A stretch of 64,000 nucleotides of DNA from Deltaproteobacteria bacterium. GTDB taxonomy: Bacteria; Myxococcota_A; Polyangia; Polyangiales; Houyiibacteriaceae. This document shows positions 35,750-45,305 of this stretch, in pieces. Made by a program: the position numbers and the translations under genes. The notes below the pieces were generated by a model that was given only the letters and a program-made list of their open reading frames with translations, had not been told where the DNA came from and searched no databases. How positions within the stretch are numbered: position 1 is the first letter of the stretch; each line of letters begins with the position of its first letter. Location of the stretch: positions 29,362-93,361 of the forward strand of contig SHLP01000004.1 of assembly GCA_004283055.1 (NCBI GenBank). The letters are read 5' to 3'.

Positions 35750-36735
35750 CGATGCACCTCGACGTCCGGCCCTGGCTTTGCGACCCAGGTCCTCGTTACC
35801 CCCTGCGTTCGATCGAGCGCCTGGCGAACCCGGCTCGCATCACCGACGCCGCAAAGGGCCTTTACGTGGGGCCCGGCGTCCATCGTTGCCCAGACCGAAA
35901 CGCCGCGTTCCCGAAGCCCGCGCACCGTCGCGAGCGCAGCCAGGGTCGCAGGCGCCCAATAGAGGATGGGCGGCGTGGACGTGATTGCGCAGCAGTGAAA
36001 GGCAAGCGTGCTCTGCTCCATCGCCGGGCCGAGCGCGTCGAGGTCGCGCTCCCTGATCGCGCGTTTGATCCTGCGAGACCATCTTGGCGCCTGATCCAGC
36101 CAGGCCTCGTAGTAGGGCGAAGTCTTCCGAGAGCGCTCCATTCCTTCGGTGGATCCGACCTTCTTCTTTCCGGGATCGGTGAGCGCGACCACCAAGCGAA
36201 GGTTCCAGTGCCCTTGCGGCGCGACCGGCCTGGCTGCGAGCTGCGCATCGCCTCGGCTGCCCGCGGGCAGCTCGACGAAGCCACCATAGATCGACCGGGC
36301 TGCCGATGCGCTCGATGCCCGCGCCAAGGCGCTGAGCCGGCGCGCGTTGAAGCGAATTTCTGCGGCAGCGGAGGCGGCAGCCGCAAGGGCGGCAAATCCA
36401 GACGCGCTGGACGCGAGCCCGGCGGCCGTCGGGAAGTGATTGTGGCTGCTGACCTGTGCCCTCAAACGAAGCCGCGCTTCACGGCGAACGCGGTCGAGCA
36501 TCTTGACTACCCGATCGGTCTCGGATTGGGTCGCGCGCCTGCCGTCGAGCCTCAGCAGGTCGGCGGAAAGCGACGGATCGAAGCGGACCCTGGTTTCGGT
36601 CACGAGCTGGTCCAGCGTCAACGAAATGCTCGGCACCGCAGGAACGTTGCGCTTCACGTCGGACTTTCCCCAATATTTGGCTAACGCGATGTTCGCACAG
36701 GCCCGGGCGCTTGCTTCCAACACAGGCTCGCTCAC
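35746..36735 (-). CDS. mvaD: Diphosphomevalonate decarboxylase
   Basis: ANIALAKYWGKSDVKRNVPAVPSISLTL and PTAAGLASSASGFAALA are typical of MvaD. Confidence 0.9.
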   Translation of the reverse strand: MSEPVLEASARACANIALAKYWGKSDVKRNVPAVPSISLTLDQLVTETRVRFDPSLSADLLRLDGRRATQSETDRVVKMLDRVRREARLRLRAQVSSHNHFPTAAGLASSASGFAALAAAASAAAEIRFNARRLSALARASSASAARSIYGGFVELPAGSRGDAQLAARPVAPQGHWNLRLVVALTDPGKKKVGSTEGMERSRKTSPYYEAWLDQAPRWSRRIKRAIRERDLDALGPAMEQSTLAFHCCAITSTPPILYWAPATLAALATVRGLRERGVSVWATMDAGPHVKALCGVGDASRVRQALDRTQGVTRTWVAKPGPDVEVHR

Positions 36736-37628
36736 CCACTCACCTCCGCCGCGAACGCCTCGGGTCCGAGCACCTCGCAGAGCTGCACCGCCAAGTCGTG
36801 CTTCGGCGCGAGCGCAAACATGCAGCCACCGCCTCCGGCACCCGTCATCTTCGCGCCCAAGGCCCCGGCCGACCTAGCGGTCCGGCACATTTCATCGAGC
36901 CTGCTCGTGCAGAGCATCAGGGAGCAGAGGATACTGTGGTTCAAATCGAGCAGCTGACCGAGCGAGATGTGATCGCCGGCCTCGATTGTGAGCCTCGCGT
37001 TGCGCACCAGCACTTCGATCGCCTCGAAAGCCTCGTTCACCCGCCTCGGGTCGTCCGCGAGCTGCCGCGCCACCGACGCGACCATCTCCTTGGTGCTCGA
37101 CGACTCGCCGCTGTAGCCGATCGCCAAGTGCAGCGGTTTGTTGGGGCGAAGCGGCTGCAGAGGCTCGCCTTTGCGATAGAGCGCGACCCCGCCGATCGCC
37201 GACATTGCGTTGTCGATTCCCGATGGATTTCCATGAAAAACGCGCTCCCAGACCAGCGCCGCTTCTGCGAGCTCGGCTCGGGACCGTTCGATGCCCAGCG
37301 CTTCATCGATCGCATCCAGCACAGCCACACCGATCGCTGCGGAGCAACCGAGCCCTGCGCCCGCAGGAAGCTCGACGTCGGCGCTCACCTGCAGCGCGGG
37401 ACGCTCCGGGTAGAGCGAGAGGGCGGCCGCAAAAGCCCGCTCCAGAGGCTCGCGTCCCAAGGGGTCCGGCTCGAGCGACAGGCCCCAGGGGGAAAGGTCC
37501 AGGGTGTTCCGCTCGGCCATCGTCGCTTCGGCGGTGACGCCCCGTTCGATCCCGACGGCGATCGCTGGACAGCCATGAACGACCGCGTGCTCGCCGAGCA
37601 GAATGACCTTGCCCCTGCCAAAGCCCAT
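36732..37628 (-). CDS. mvk: Mevalonate kinase
   Basis: GKVILLGEHAVVHG N-terminus. GHMP motif PAGAGLGCSAAIGVA. C-terminal KMTGAGGGGC. The start overlaps the upstream stop (TGATG). Confidence 0.88.
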   Translation of the reverse strand: MGFGRGKVILLGEHAVVHGCPAIAVGIERGVTAEATMAERNTLDLSPWGLSLEPDPLGREPLERAFAAALSLYPERPALQVSADVELPAGAGLGCSAAIGVAVLDAIDEALGIERSRAELAEAALVWERVFHGNPSGIDNAMSAIGGVALYRKGEPLQPLRPNKPLHLAIGYSGESSSTKEMVASVARQLADDPRRVNEAFEAIEVLVRNARLTIEAGDHISLGQLLDLNHSILCSLMLCTSRLDEMCRTARSAGALGAKMTGAGGGGCMFALAPKHDLAVQLCEVLGPEAFAAEVSG

Positions 37629-38650
37629 CAGCTCCCCCGATCGGTGAGCTGCCGCGTGACCTCTTCGAGTATTCGTTTGCCTCGTTCGTCGAATGGACCG
37701 GCCGCCACGGCGGCTCGGGCCTCGTCGGCCAGGAAGCGGAGCCTGGCTTCGACCTCGGACCTGGCCGCGGTGAGCACTTGCGTCGCCGCTGCGATTTCTT
37801 CGTCCCGTGCGTCGGCACGCCCCCAGACGCCTTGCAGCAGAGCCTGCTCTGCCTCGCTGGGCTCGAGTCGACGGAACGCCGCGATGACCGCGTTGTGCTT
37901 CCCGTGCCGCAGGTCATCACCGGGTTTTCCAGTCTGAGCTGCGCTACCGAAGGTTCCGAGCAGGTCATCGCGAAGTTGAAACGCAACGCCGAGCGGCGTC
38001 GACCATTCGCGCAGCGCACGCATCCCGGCCGCGTCAGCATCGGCCAGGATGCCTCCGAGCTCTGCAGGTCCGCGCGTCGTGTAGCTGCCGGTCTTCAGGT
38101 CGTGCATGCGCTCGACGTCCTCGTCGGTCATGAGGTCGAGCTGCTGCCCCGCGAACACTTCCTTTTGCATTCTCACGAAAAGCGAAAAGCCCTCGGCCTG
38201 CCGGCCCTCTGGAAAGTGGCCCTCGAGCAGGAGCTCCCATCCAAAGGTCGACGCCAAATCGCCGGCGAGGATCCCGAGGCTTGCGCCTAGGTGGTCCTCT
38301 CCATGTTTTTTCTGAAAAGCGTAGTGGACAGCAGGCCCACCACGCCTTTCGCGGTCCTCGTCCATCCAGTCGTCGTGAATGAGGAGATAGGTCTGCAGCA
38401 ATTCGAGCGCCGCCGAGACGACGAGCGTGGGTTTGAGGTCCTCCGAGCTGCTCGCTGCTCTGTACGCGGCCGCGGTCACAATCGGACGGAGCCGCTTTCC
38501 TCCGCGCATCGTGAGGTCGCGAACCTCCGCAACCAGCTCGATGGCCTTCGGAGAGAGCTGCCTCGCTTCCCCGCACTTCGTCTCGAAAAAGCCCTCCAGG
38601 ATGGTGTCAACCTGCGCGCGGATGCGCCCCATCCAAGCCTCGAGTTCCAT
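37628..38650 (-). CDS. Polyprenyl (farnesyl/geranylgeranyl) diphosphate synthase
   Basis: First Asp-rich motif LLIHDDWMDED, second FQLRDDLLG. I prefer the ATG at 38650 (MELEAWMGRI...), because the ORF-track start at 38740 would overlap the divergent fni start. Confidence 0.88.
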   Translation of the reverse strand: MELEAWMGRIRAQVDTILEGFFETKCGEARQLSPKAIELVAEVRDLTMRGGKRLRPIVTAAAYRAASSSEDLKPTLVVSAALELLQTYLLIHDDWMDEDRERRGGPAVHYAFQKKHGEDHLGASLGILAGDLASTFGWELLLEGHFPEGRQAEGFSLFVRMQKEVFAGQQLDLMTDEDVERMHDLKTGSYTTRGPAELGGILADADAAGMRALREWSTPLGVAFQLRDDLLGTFGSAAQTGKPGDDLRHGKHNAVIAAFRRLEPSEAEQALLQGVWGRADARDEEIAAATQVLTAARSEVEARLRFLADEARAAVAAGPFDERGKRILEEVTRQLTDRGS

Positions 38651-38726
38651 TTGCCCTTGCGCCACGGTGTCGGTGTCCTTATTCCGAGCTACGTACACGG
38701 CAGGACGCCGCCGAGCAAGCAACGCG

Positions 38727-39767
38727 ATGAGCGCAGACATCGAGCAGAGAAAAGCGGATCATCTCGATCTGTGTGCAACGGATGAGGTCGCGTTTCGTGA
38801 GCGAACGACGCTTCTCGAATGCGTTCGTCTCGTCCATCAGGCGCTTCCCGAGCACAGTTTCGACTCGATCGATACCAGGGTTCGATTGCTCGGAAAGGAG
38901 CTCCGTGCGCCGCTGCTGATCGCGGCAATGACCGGGGGTCATGCCCGCGCTGCCGAAATCAACCAAGCCCTTGCGTCCATCGCGGATGAGCAGGGCTATG
39001 CGTTCGGACTCGGAAGTCAGCGGGCCATGCAAAAACGTCCGGAGACGGCTTGGACTTACCAGGTACGCAAGCGCGCGCCCGACGTGCTGCTCTTTGGCAA
39101 CGTCGGGGTGGTTCAGGCACGCGATCTCTCGACCGAGGCGATTGCCGAGATGCTGGCGGAGGTCGGTGCCGACGCTCTATGTGTGCATATGAACCCCGCC
39201 ATGGAGCTCGTTCAGCCCGAAGGCGATCGCGACTTCAGCAGCGGTGTTGAAACCTTCCAGCGGCTCTGGGCAGAGCTCGACGTTCCCGTCATTGCGAAGG
39301 AAACCGGCAATGGGGTTAGCCGGGAGGTCGCGGCCCGCCTGCGAGCGGTTGGCATTCGTCATGCGGATACCTCCGGAGCCGGCGGCACTTCCTGGGTCGG
39401 CGTCGAGACCCTGCGCGCAGACGCCGAAGGGCGGGCCCTCGGTGAGGCGCTCTGGGATTGGGGCGTCCCGACCGCGGCCTCGGTCCGATACTGCGTGGAG
39501 GCTGGAATGACGACCATCGCCACAGGCGGCATCCGAACCGGCATGGACGTCGCCCGCGCCATTGCCCTGGGCGCGAGTTGCGCAGGCATCGCGCGCACCG
39601 TCTATCGCGCATTTCTCGACGGCGGCGAGAATGGAGCCCGCTCGTTCTTGCAGGGCATCGAGCGCGAGCTGCGTTCGATCATGCTGCTCTGCGGCGCAAA
39701 AACGATCGAAGAGCTCCAACAGGCGCCGCGGGTCGTCACCGGCGAGTTACGCGATTGGATCGCTTGA
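38727..39767 (+). CDS. fni: Type 2 isopentenyl-diphosphate delta-isomerase (FMN-dependent)
   Basis: I start it at the ATG at 38727 (MSADIEQRKADHLDL...). Contains LLIAAMTGG, KETGNG and ASGGIRTG-like TGGIRTGMDVA. The upstream part of the ORF is a GC shadow. Confidence 0.9.
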   Translation: MSADIEQRKADHLDLCATDEVAFRERTTLLECVRLVHQALPEHSFDSIDTRVRLLGKELRAPLLIAAMTGGHARAAEINQALASIADEQGYAFGLGSQRAMQKRPETAWTYQVRKRAPDVLLFGNVGVVQARDLSTEAIAEMLAEVGADALCVHMNPAMELVQPEGDRDFSSGVETFQRLWAELDVPVIAKETGNGVSREVAARLRAVGIRHADTSGAGGTSWVGVETLRADAEGRALGEALWDWGVPTAASVRYCVEAGMTTIATGGIRTGMDVARAIALGASCAGIARTVYRAFLDGGENGARSFLQGIERELRSIMLLCGAKTIEELQQAPRVVTGELRDWIA

Positions 39768-39777
39768 AGGGTGGCGG

Positions 39778-40791
39778 TCAGTCGTCGGCTTTCGCGGCCT
39801 GCTCGAGCTCAGGCGAGGTGCTGTCGTCGTTGATGGGTGCCGGCTCGAAGCGGAGCAAGTCCTCGACGCGCTCGAGCAGCTCGCCTTCGAAGTGTACCGA
39901 AAAGCGGGGCTCGAGCAGCTTCGTTCGGACGCGCCAGACGATCGGATCTGCCGGATCTCGCAAAACCACGGGCGTGGCGCCAGCAAGCACCCACGGCGAG
40001 CTGAGAATTGCATCGGTCAGAGCCATGCGTACGTTCCCGGCGTCCCGGTAGCCGTCGAGCCGGACGACCACCTCGTGCTCGGCATCGGCGCCCACGTCGT
40101 AGACCATTGGTGCGCCCACCATCGCACGATTGGGGACGGTAATGCGATGGCCCTGCCCGTCCCGCAGCCACGTCGCTCGTAGTGAACGGCCTTCCACCGT
40201 CCCTTGAAAGCCGTCTCCCGAAACCCACATCCCCTTCTTCACACGGCGTTCGGCTGCAAGCACGACGCCCGCCACCACGTCTGCGAACAGGTCGCGAACG
40301 GACCAGCCTACGACGAGCGCAAGTACGGCGAGGGCCCAGAGGATCCAGTTCTTCTCGGCTGGAACCGCTTCGAACACGATCGCCACGAGGAGAGAAAAGG
40401 CCGCGATACGCAGACCGAAGATGAGCGCTCCGAGGACGCTCCGTAGAGGGATGTTCGTGGTGATCCAACTGCGAGCCAGCTCCGTGATGAGAAGCAGCAG
40501 GCCCACAGCGAGCAGCCACAGAAACAAGCTTCGCACGGAGTCACGGCCCTGTGCTTGGAGCGCCTCCCCGCGCGCATCCTCGTCCGACGGGCGCCTCCGC
40601 AGCCAAGGAGGCGGCTCTCGCGATGCCGGATCGCTCGAGGCTTCGGGCTCGTCGCCCTGCGGCGGATGAGTTTGAGACTCCGACGGACTGGGCGCTTCGC
40701 CCACGCGCCTGAGAGGCTGCGCCGCGCTCGGCACCGCGATCAGCCCAACGAGCAGAAGAAAGAGGCCTAGGTATTCGAGCTTCGAAATCAC
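39778..40791 (-). CDS. MscS-family mechanosensitive channel
   Basis: The GTG at 40791 overlaps the stop of the giant upstream gene (GTGA). It has a signal/TM segment, a Pro/Glu-rich region and 3 TM helices. MscS core: VSGDGFQGTVEGRSLRATWLRDGQGHRITVPNRAM. Confidence 0.8.
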   Translation of the reverse strand: MISKLEYLGLFLLLVGLIAVPSAAQPLRRVGEAPSPSESQTHPPQGDEPEASSDPASREPPPWLRRRPSDEDARGEALQAQGRDSVRSLFLWLLAVGLLLLITELARSWITTNIPLRSVLGALIFGLRIAAFSLLVAIVFEAVPAEKNWILWALAVLALVVGWSVRDLFADVVAGVVLAAERRVKKGMWVSGDGFQGTVEGRSLRATWLRDGQGHRITVPNRAMVGAPMVYDVGADAEHEVVVRLDGYRDAGNVRMALTDAILSSPWVLAGATPVVLRDPADPIVWRVRTKLLEPRFSVHFEGELLERVEDLLRFEPAPINDDSTSPELEQAAKADD

Positions 40792-43700
40792 AGGACCCAG
40801 CCCCTCTCCGCGAATATGCGCCCGAGCACCCCTCGAAGGTGAACCGCGATCACGAATGTACCTTCTCTCTCGTCGAGCAAACCCAGATGCGCCAGCCTGC
40901 TGAGCTGCGCCTGTGCGGTATTCACATCGAGTCTGAACAGCCTCGCCTGACCGGCCGCATCCATCCATCCCTCACGGGCGATCTGATAGAGGTTGACTAG
41001 GATATCGTCCGGGAGGCGCCTCACACGCGTGTACGAAGAAGCAGGAATCGGGCCGACATGCACGATGTCATCCTGGATCTCGCGGATCGAGGCGAGCCAA
41101 AGCCGAAGCGCGTCGCGAACGAGGCCTCCCGTCGCTTCGTGCAGCTCGTGAAAATATTGATCATAGGGCCGACGAATTCGGGTAGCGCTCCGAGCGAACA
41201 GCCCCTCGATTGGCGAGCCGTCGCCCCGGTCGAAGGAATGCTCGAATCCGCTCAAGCGATGCCTGGCAATGACGGCGGCCTGCAGCTCCTCCTCGCTGAG
41301 CGGCTCGAGCCGAATGAGCTCCGGAAACGCGTCTCGCAGGGGCGCCACCGTCGAGGCGAAGTTCCAAAAGAGCACGGCTCCGTGCGCGAGCCAGCGCCGC
41401 CGTCCGCCCTCCTCGATGATTCCTTTGACGAAGCGTCGAAGCGGGTCGAAGCCCCCGGGCGCCATCGATAGCATCCAATGGAGTCCGTCCACGACCACGA
41501 GCTGACCTTCCGGTGCATCTTGAAAAATCGCGTCGACATCTGCGACCGCGACCGGCGCGGTGAAGACCACTCGCTTCACGTTCTTCCAACGGCGGCTCCG
41601 TACGATCGCACTCGACACCGCCGCCTTACCGACGCCGTCGACGCCGACCAGCGCAACCGAGCGCAGGCGCCCTTTGACCTCGCTCGACAGGATTGCTTCT
41701 GCTCGCCGAATCTCCTGATCGCGACCGGTCAAGACGTCTCCGGCCTCCATGGTATCGGCGGCGAAAAGACGCCTGTACACCAGCGGCAGTTCTGTGCCCA
41801 CCTCGGGCGCGGAGAAGGTTCCCGCCGACAGCTCCTCGGTCGGCATGGGTCGAGTCAAGCCGAGGCGCTCGCTCCAACGTTCGAGGCGCTCTTCCCCGAA
41901 CAGGGCGCGGAGCCCGCCCCGAAGCTGCGCCTTGAGCCGCTTCCTACGGGGGATTCGCTCCGCCTTGCTCACGATTCGTAGCCCGCTCGCGGCGCGGCGC
42001 ATGGCCTCGAGTCGTGACTTGCTGAAAGAGCCTTCAGCGAGCTCCCCGCGGAGCGATTCCAGAGTTCCGAGTGCGGCGTCGCGCATCTCGCGCTCGATCA
42101 TCGTCGGCCAGCCCGTCGCTTCCGCGCGAATCTCTTCGAGCGAGTTGAAATTGCGCTCTAGTTGGCCGTAGACCATGTCGCGAAGGAGCGTGTGCATCTC
42201 CTCCGGAATCGCCTCGTCATGCACGATTTCGAGCTCGGCGGTCGCCAGCTCGACGTTGAACGCCACGACGCGCTCGAGCTCTTGCAGCACATTGGCCAAT
42301 GGATGGATACGCTCGGCTAGCTCTTGTCGGCTGGCGAGCAGCTTGGGTGCAACGCGGCTGTCGATGTACGTGAGCACGACTTCCCGAAAAGGAACTTCGA
42401 CCTCGGGAAGTGCAGCGGGCAAGCGCCACTCCCCGGTTTGTCGTTGACCGACGGTGACACGATAGCGCGGCGTCAGTCCGCGGCAGGCTTCGACCAGCGC
42501 GTCGAGCAGCGGGGCGATCTTCCTGTCGTCGCTCAAGTCCTCGTATAGCTCGGTCGTGACACGCGCGGCTTCGCCAGCGGCCTTGCTTGTCGGCTCCGTG
42601 GACGTTCGCAGAGCGGTCGCCAGCTGTTCTCCCGAGTAGTTGCTCTCGAGCTCCTCGTTCAACTGGGTCAGCGCCTGCTGAAGGGTATCGCTCACGCGCT
42701 CGACCTGAGACGTAGCCCGGCGTTTCACGGTGTTGGTCAGCCTGAGCACATAGTCGGTTACGCTGTCCTTGATGCGCGCTTCGAGCCCCAATAGCTCGAG
42801 CTCCATCGCCAGCGAGGAGTATTCTGCCGAGCTTGCCTTCCGAAGATTGGATACGTCCTTGGTGAGCGTCTCCATGGCTCGCATCCGTGTTGCGAATCGC
42901 CGGCTCGTACGGCGTTCACCGGTGCGCAGGTCGAGCGTTCCGAACGTCGGAAGGTCTTCCTTCAAATCGACGAAACCGGTCGCGAGGGCGGTTGCGGCAC
43001 GGTGGGTTCCGTCTCCGGTTATTCGCACCGTTTCGTCGAGTGCCAGAGCCAGCTCCTCTTCGACATCGTGACGAAGACGAACCAACTGGCCTTCGAGATC
43101 GGCTTCGGGGTCGGCCGAGATCTCTACGATGTCATCGTATCCCGCGATGACACCGTCGAAGAGACTCCGCGTGCGAGCTGCGAGATGTCGATCGGCTTCG
43201 ACGAAAAGCGCCGCGAGAGCCTCGAGCCGAGCTGGCGCGTCGTAAGATAAACGGAACCGTCCCAGAGCGCGTAGCCGGACTTCGCGAGTCGGCTGGCTCT
43301 GCCCCAGGGTCTTGCGCCAGCCTCGTCGCAGTCGAAGCAAAACGCGGCGTAGACGCTTTGCGATGGAGTCGTCCTCCTTGGTCTCGTAGCTGAGGTCTTC
43401 GTAGGGAGCGACGACGACCAGGGGAAGCTCGTCGACCAGGCCGTCGACGTTCTCGAGCACCGCTTCGGGCGTCCAGGTGAGCTTGGCGAGCGTCACCGAT
43501 CGGCCAAGGACGATACCCCGCCAGTGGGCAGCCAAATCCGACTGGGCCGAGCGCAGCATCGTCACCAGCTCGTCCCGTTCAGCGCCGTCTTCGGCCCGTG
43601 CTTGAACGGTCAAGCGCCGGTGATGGCGAAGGAACTCGCGTCGGAGGTCTCGGAGATACTTTCCGGCGTCGAGCTGGAAATCTCGAAGGGGTCCGGTCGA

Positions 43701-45305
43701 AACCTCGCGGACGATGCTTTGGAGATCCCCGCCCAGATCCTGCACGCGGCTATTGAGCTCCTCGCTCTTCAAGTTCAGCGGTTCGCCCCATAGGTTCTTT
43801 GCGCCGACGTGCTCAGGCCAGGGCTCTAGTTGCTTCGCGGCCCCATCCTCGCCGTCGGGACGCATCGACGGCGGCTTTACCGACAGGTGTCTCGCCGGGC
43901 TCATCGACGCACGGCCCGTCCGAGTTTCGCCGGCCAGGCTCAGTCCGAGCTTGAACATCACCGGCCCGACGAGCTCGTTGATCGCAACGCCGCCGATGAT
44001 CAAGGTTTCGAGCGAGCGGCCGAGCTCGCCGAACTCTCTGCCGATGATGGCGGCCAGCAGGATGGAAACGCCAGCTTGGGAGACGAAACCCATCCAGCCG
44101 AAATCGCGGGTAGCCTCATCCGCCTTGCCGATCCGGGCGCCGACCTTCGTCCCGGAATAGATCGCGAACGTACGGACGGCGACTAGGGCGATTGCAAACA
44201 ATGCCACCTGCCGCAGCTCGTCCAAGTGAAGCTTGGCGCCCGCGAGCGTGAAGAAGACCACGTAGACGGGCAGCGAAAGCCGCTCGACGGTTTCAATGAG
44301 CCGGTGGCCCGTCTTCGAGAAGTTCGAAACGCCAAAGCCGGCGGCAAGAAAGACCAGGACCGGATCCCAGCCGAGCTGGTCGGAAATGAACGAAACCAGG
44401 TACACCACGCCGACGACGAAGATCAGAAGCTCCTGATTGACGTAGCGGATGTAGAGCGCCATCAAGCCGCCCACGACCAGCGCTCCAAATAGGATGGAGA
44501 CGACGATGTGCTGCAGAAGGTAGGACGCGATTCCACCTTCAATGGCGCCCATGCCAACTTGCTGCGCGACGATGACCTGCGCGACGGCGAACGCGACCAC
44601 GACAATCACGTCTTTCAAAACGACAGCCGATAAGACGTTCCGCGTCATCGGGCCCGCGGCCCTCGACTCCATGATGACCGCTATCGTCGCGGCGGGAGAG
44701 GTCGCCAAGGCGACCGAGGCCACCATTGCACCCACGGCGAGTGCCGTCGCCATTGGCAGCCCGGCGACCCCGGGAAAACCGATGTAGGGGACCGCGCCGG
44801 AGATCAGCCAAAAGAAAGCCGTCACGAACACGCCGATCGAGACGACCTGCGCCGCGAGGATCGAGCTGATCGCACGCAGCCCCTTCTTGAGACCCTCCAA
44901 CTTGAGCTCGCCGCCTGCGGTGAGCGCGATCAGCGCGACGGCGAGGGTGTCGAACAGACTGAGCTGCTCGATCACCTCGTCATTGAGAATGCCTCGATCG
45001 AACGGCGCCGGTAGGCCCAAGCCGCTCAGCACCTTGGCCAGCGATGGCCCGAAGACCAGGCCTGCGATCAGGTAGCCCGTGATGTGCGGCAAGCGAATCT
45101 GACCGACCAGGCCGCCGATCGTGTAGCTTGCGAGCACCACGAATCCGAAGGCGAGCATCCCGCTTGGGTCGAAGGGATGCTCCGCGAACTGTTCGAATTG
45201 GTAGAGCGCGACCATTCCGAACAGCAGCAGCACGATCACCGTGATCTGCCGTCGCGCGTGGGTCTCTTCTCCGGGTGGAGGCAAGCTGTACGACCCGGTC
45301 ATCAA
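40788..45305 (-). CDS. Giant fusion protein: CPA2/Kef-like cation:proton antiporter membrane domain, ~700-aa helical region, then P-loop NTPase (ATPase_2/AAA_16/STAND-like) and winged-helix C-terminus
   Basis: A 1505-codon ORF starting at TTG 45305 or, more likely, ATG 45302. The TM domain covers aa 1 to ~460 (LPHITGYLIAGLVFGPSL...). Lead-in VLTGRDQEIRRAEAIL. Walker-A-like GVDGVGKA at nt 41622-41645. Walker-B-like LVVVDG. The C-terminal LSRLAHLGLLDEREG region looks wHTH-like. Confidence 0.85.
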   Translation of the reverse strand: MMTGSYSLPPPGEETHARRQITVIVLLLFGMVALYQFEQFAEHPFDPSGMLAFGFVVLASYTIGGLVGQIRLPHITGYLIAGLVFGPSLAKVLSGLGLPAPFDRGILNDEVIEQLSLFDTLAVALIALTAGGELKLEGLKKGLRAISSILAAQVVSIGVFVTAFFWLISGAVPYIGFPGVAGLPMATALAVGAMVASVALATSPAATIAVIMESRAAGPMTRNVLSAVVLKDVIVVVAFAVAQVIVAQQVGMGAIEGGIASYLLQHIVVSILFGALVVGGLMALYIRYVNQELLIFVVGVVYLVSFISDQLGWDPVLVFLAAGFGVSNFSKTGHRLIETVERLSLPVYVVFFTLAGAKLHLDELRQVALFAIALVAVRTFAIYSGTKVGARIGKADEATRDFGWMGFVSQAGVSILLAAIIGREFGELGRSLETLIIGGVAINELVGPVMFKLGLSLAGETRTGRASMSPARHLSVKPPSMRPDGEDGAAKQLEPWPEHVGAKNLWGEPLNLKSEELNSRVQDLGGDLQSIVREVSTGPLRDFQLDAGKYLRDLRREFLRHHRRLTVQARAEDGAERDELVTMLRSAQSDLAAHWRGIVLGRSVTLAKLTWTPEAVLENVDGLVDELPLVVVAPYEDLSYETKEDDSIAKRLRRVLLRLRRGWRKTLGQSQPTREVRLRALGRFRLSYDAPARLEALAALFVEADRHLAARTRSLFDGVIAGYDDIVEISADPEADLEGQLVRLRHDVEEELALALDETVRITGDGTHRAATALATGFVDLKEDLPTFGTLDLRTGERRTSRRFATRMRAMETLTKDVSNLRKASSAEYSSLAMELELLGLEARIKDSVTDYVLRLTNTVKRRATSQVERVSDTLQQALTQLNEELESNYSGEQLATALRTSTEPTSKAAGEAARVTTELYEDLSDDRKIAPLLDALVEACRGLTPRYRVTVGQRQTGEWRLPAALPEVEVPFREVVLTYIDSRVAPKLLASRQELAERIHPLANVLQELERVVAFNVELATAELEIVHDEAIPEEMHTLLRDMVYGQLERNFNSLEEIRAEATGWPTMIEREMRDAALGTLESLRGELAEGSFSKSRLEAMRRAASGLRIVSKAERIPRRKRLKAQLRGGLRALFGEERLERWSERLGLTRPMPTEELSAGTFSAPEVGTELPLVYRRLFAADTMEAGDVLTGRDQEIRRAEAILSSEVKGRLRSVALVGVDGVGKAAVSSAIVRSRRWKNVKRVVFTAPVAVADVDAIFQDAPEGQLVVVDGLHWMLSMAPGGFDPLRRFVKGIIEEGGRRRWLAHGAVLFWNFASTVAPLRDAFPELIRLEPLSEEELQAAVIARHRLSGFEHSFDRGDGSPIEGLFARSATRIRRPYDQYFHELHEATGGLVRDALRLWLASIREIQDDIVHVGPIPASSYTRVRRLPDDILVNLYQIAREGWMDAAGQARLFRLDVNTAQAQLSRLAHLGLLDEREGTFVIAVHLRGVLGRIFAERGWVL

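Noticed and set aside
38427-38726. A 100-codon N-terminal extension of the fni ORF, and the 38651-38740 extension of the polyprenyl synthase ORF.
   Set aside because: Both extensions are antisense to the other gene and lack homology-like sequence. The internal ATGs at 38727 and 38650 give proteins with canonical N-termini and a 76-nt divergent promoter region.
40792-40968. An N-terminal extension of the MscS-family ORF.
   Set aside because: It overlaps the 3' end of the giant gene. A GTG at 40791 forms a GTGA stop/start overlap and is followed immediately by a hydrophobic signal/TM segment.
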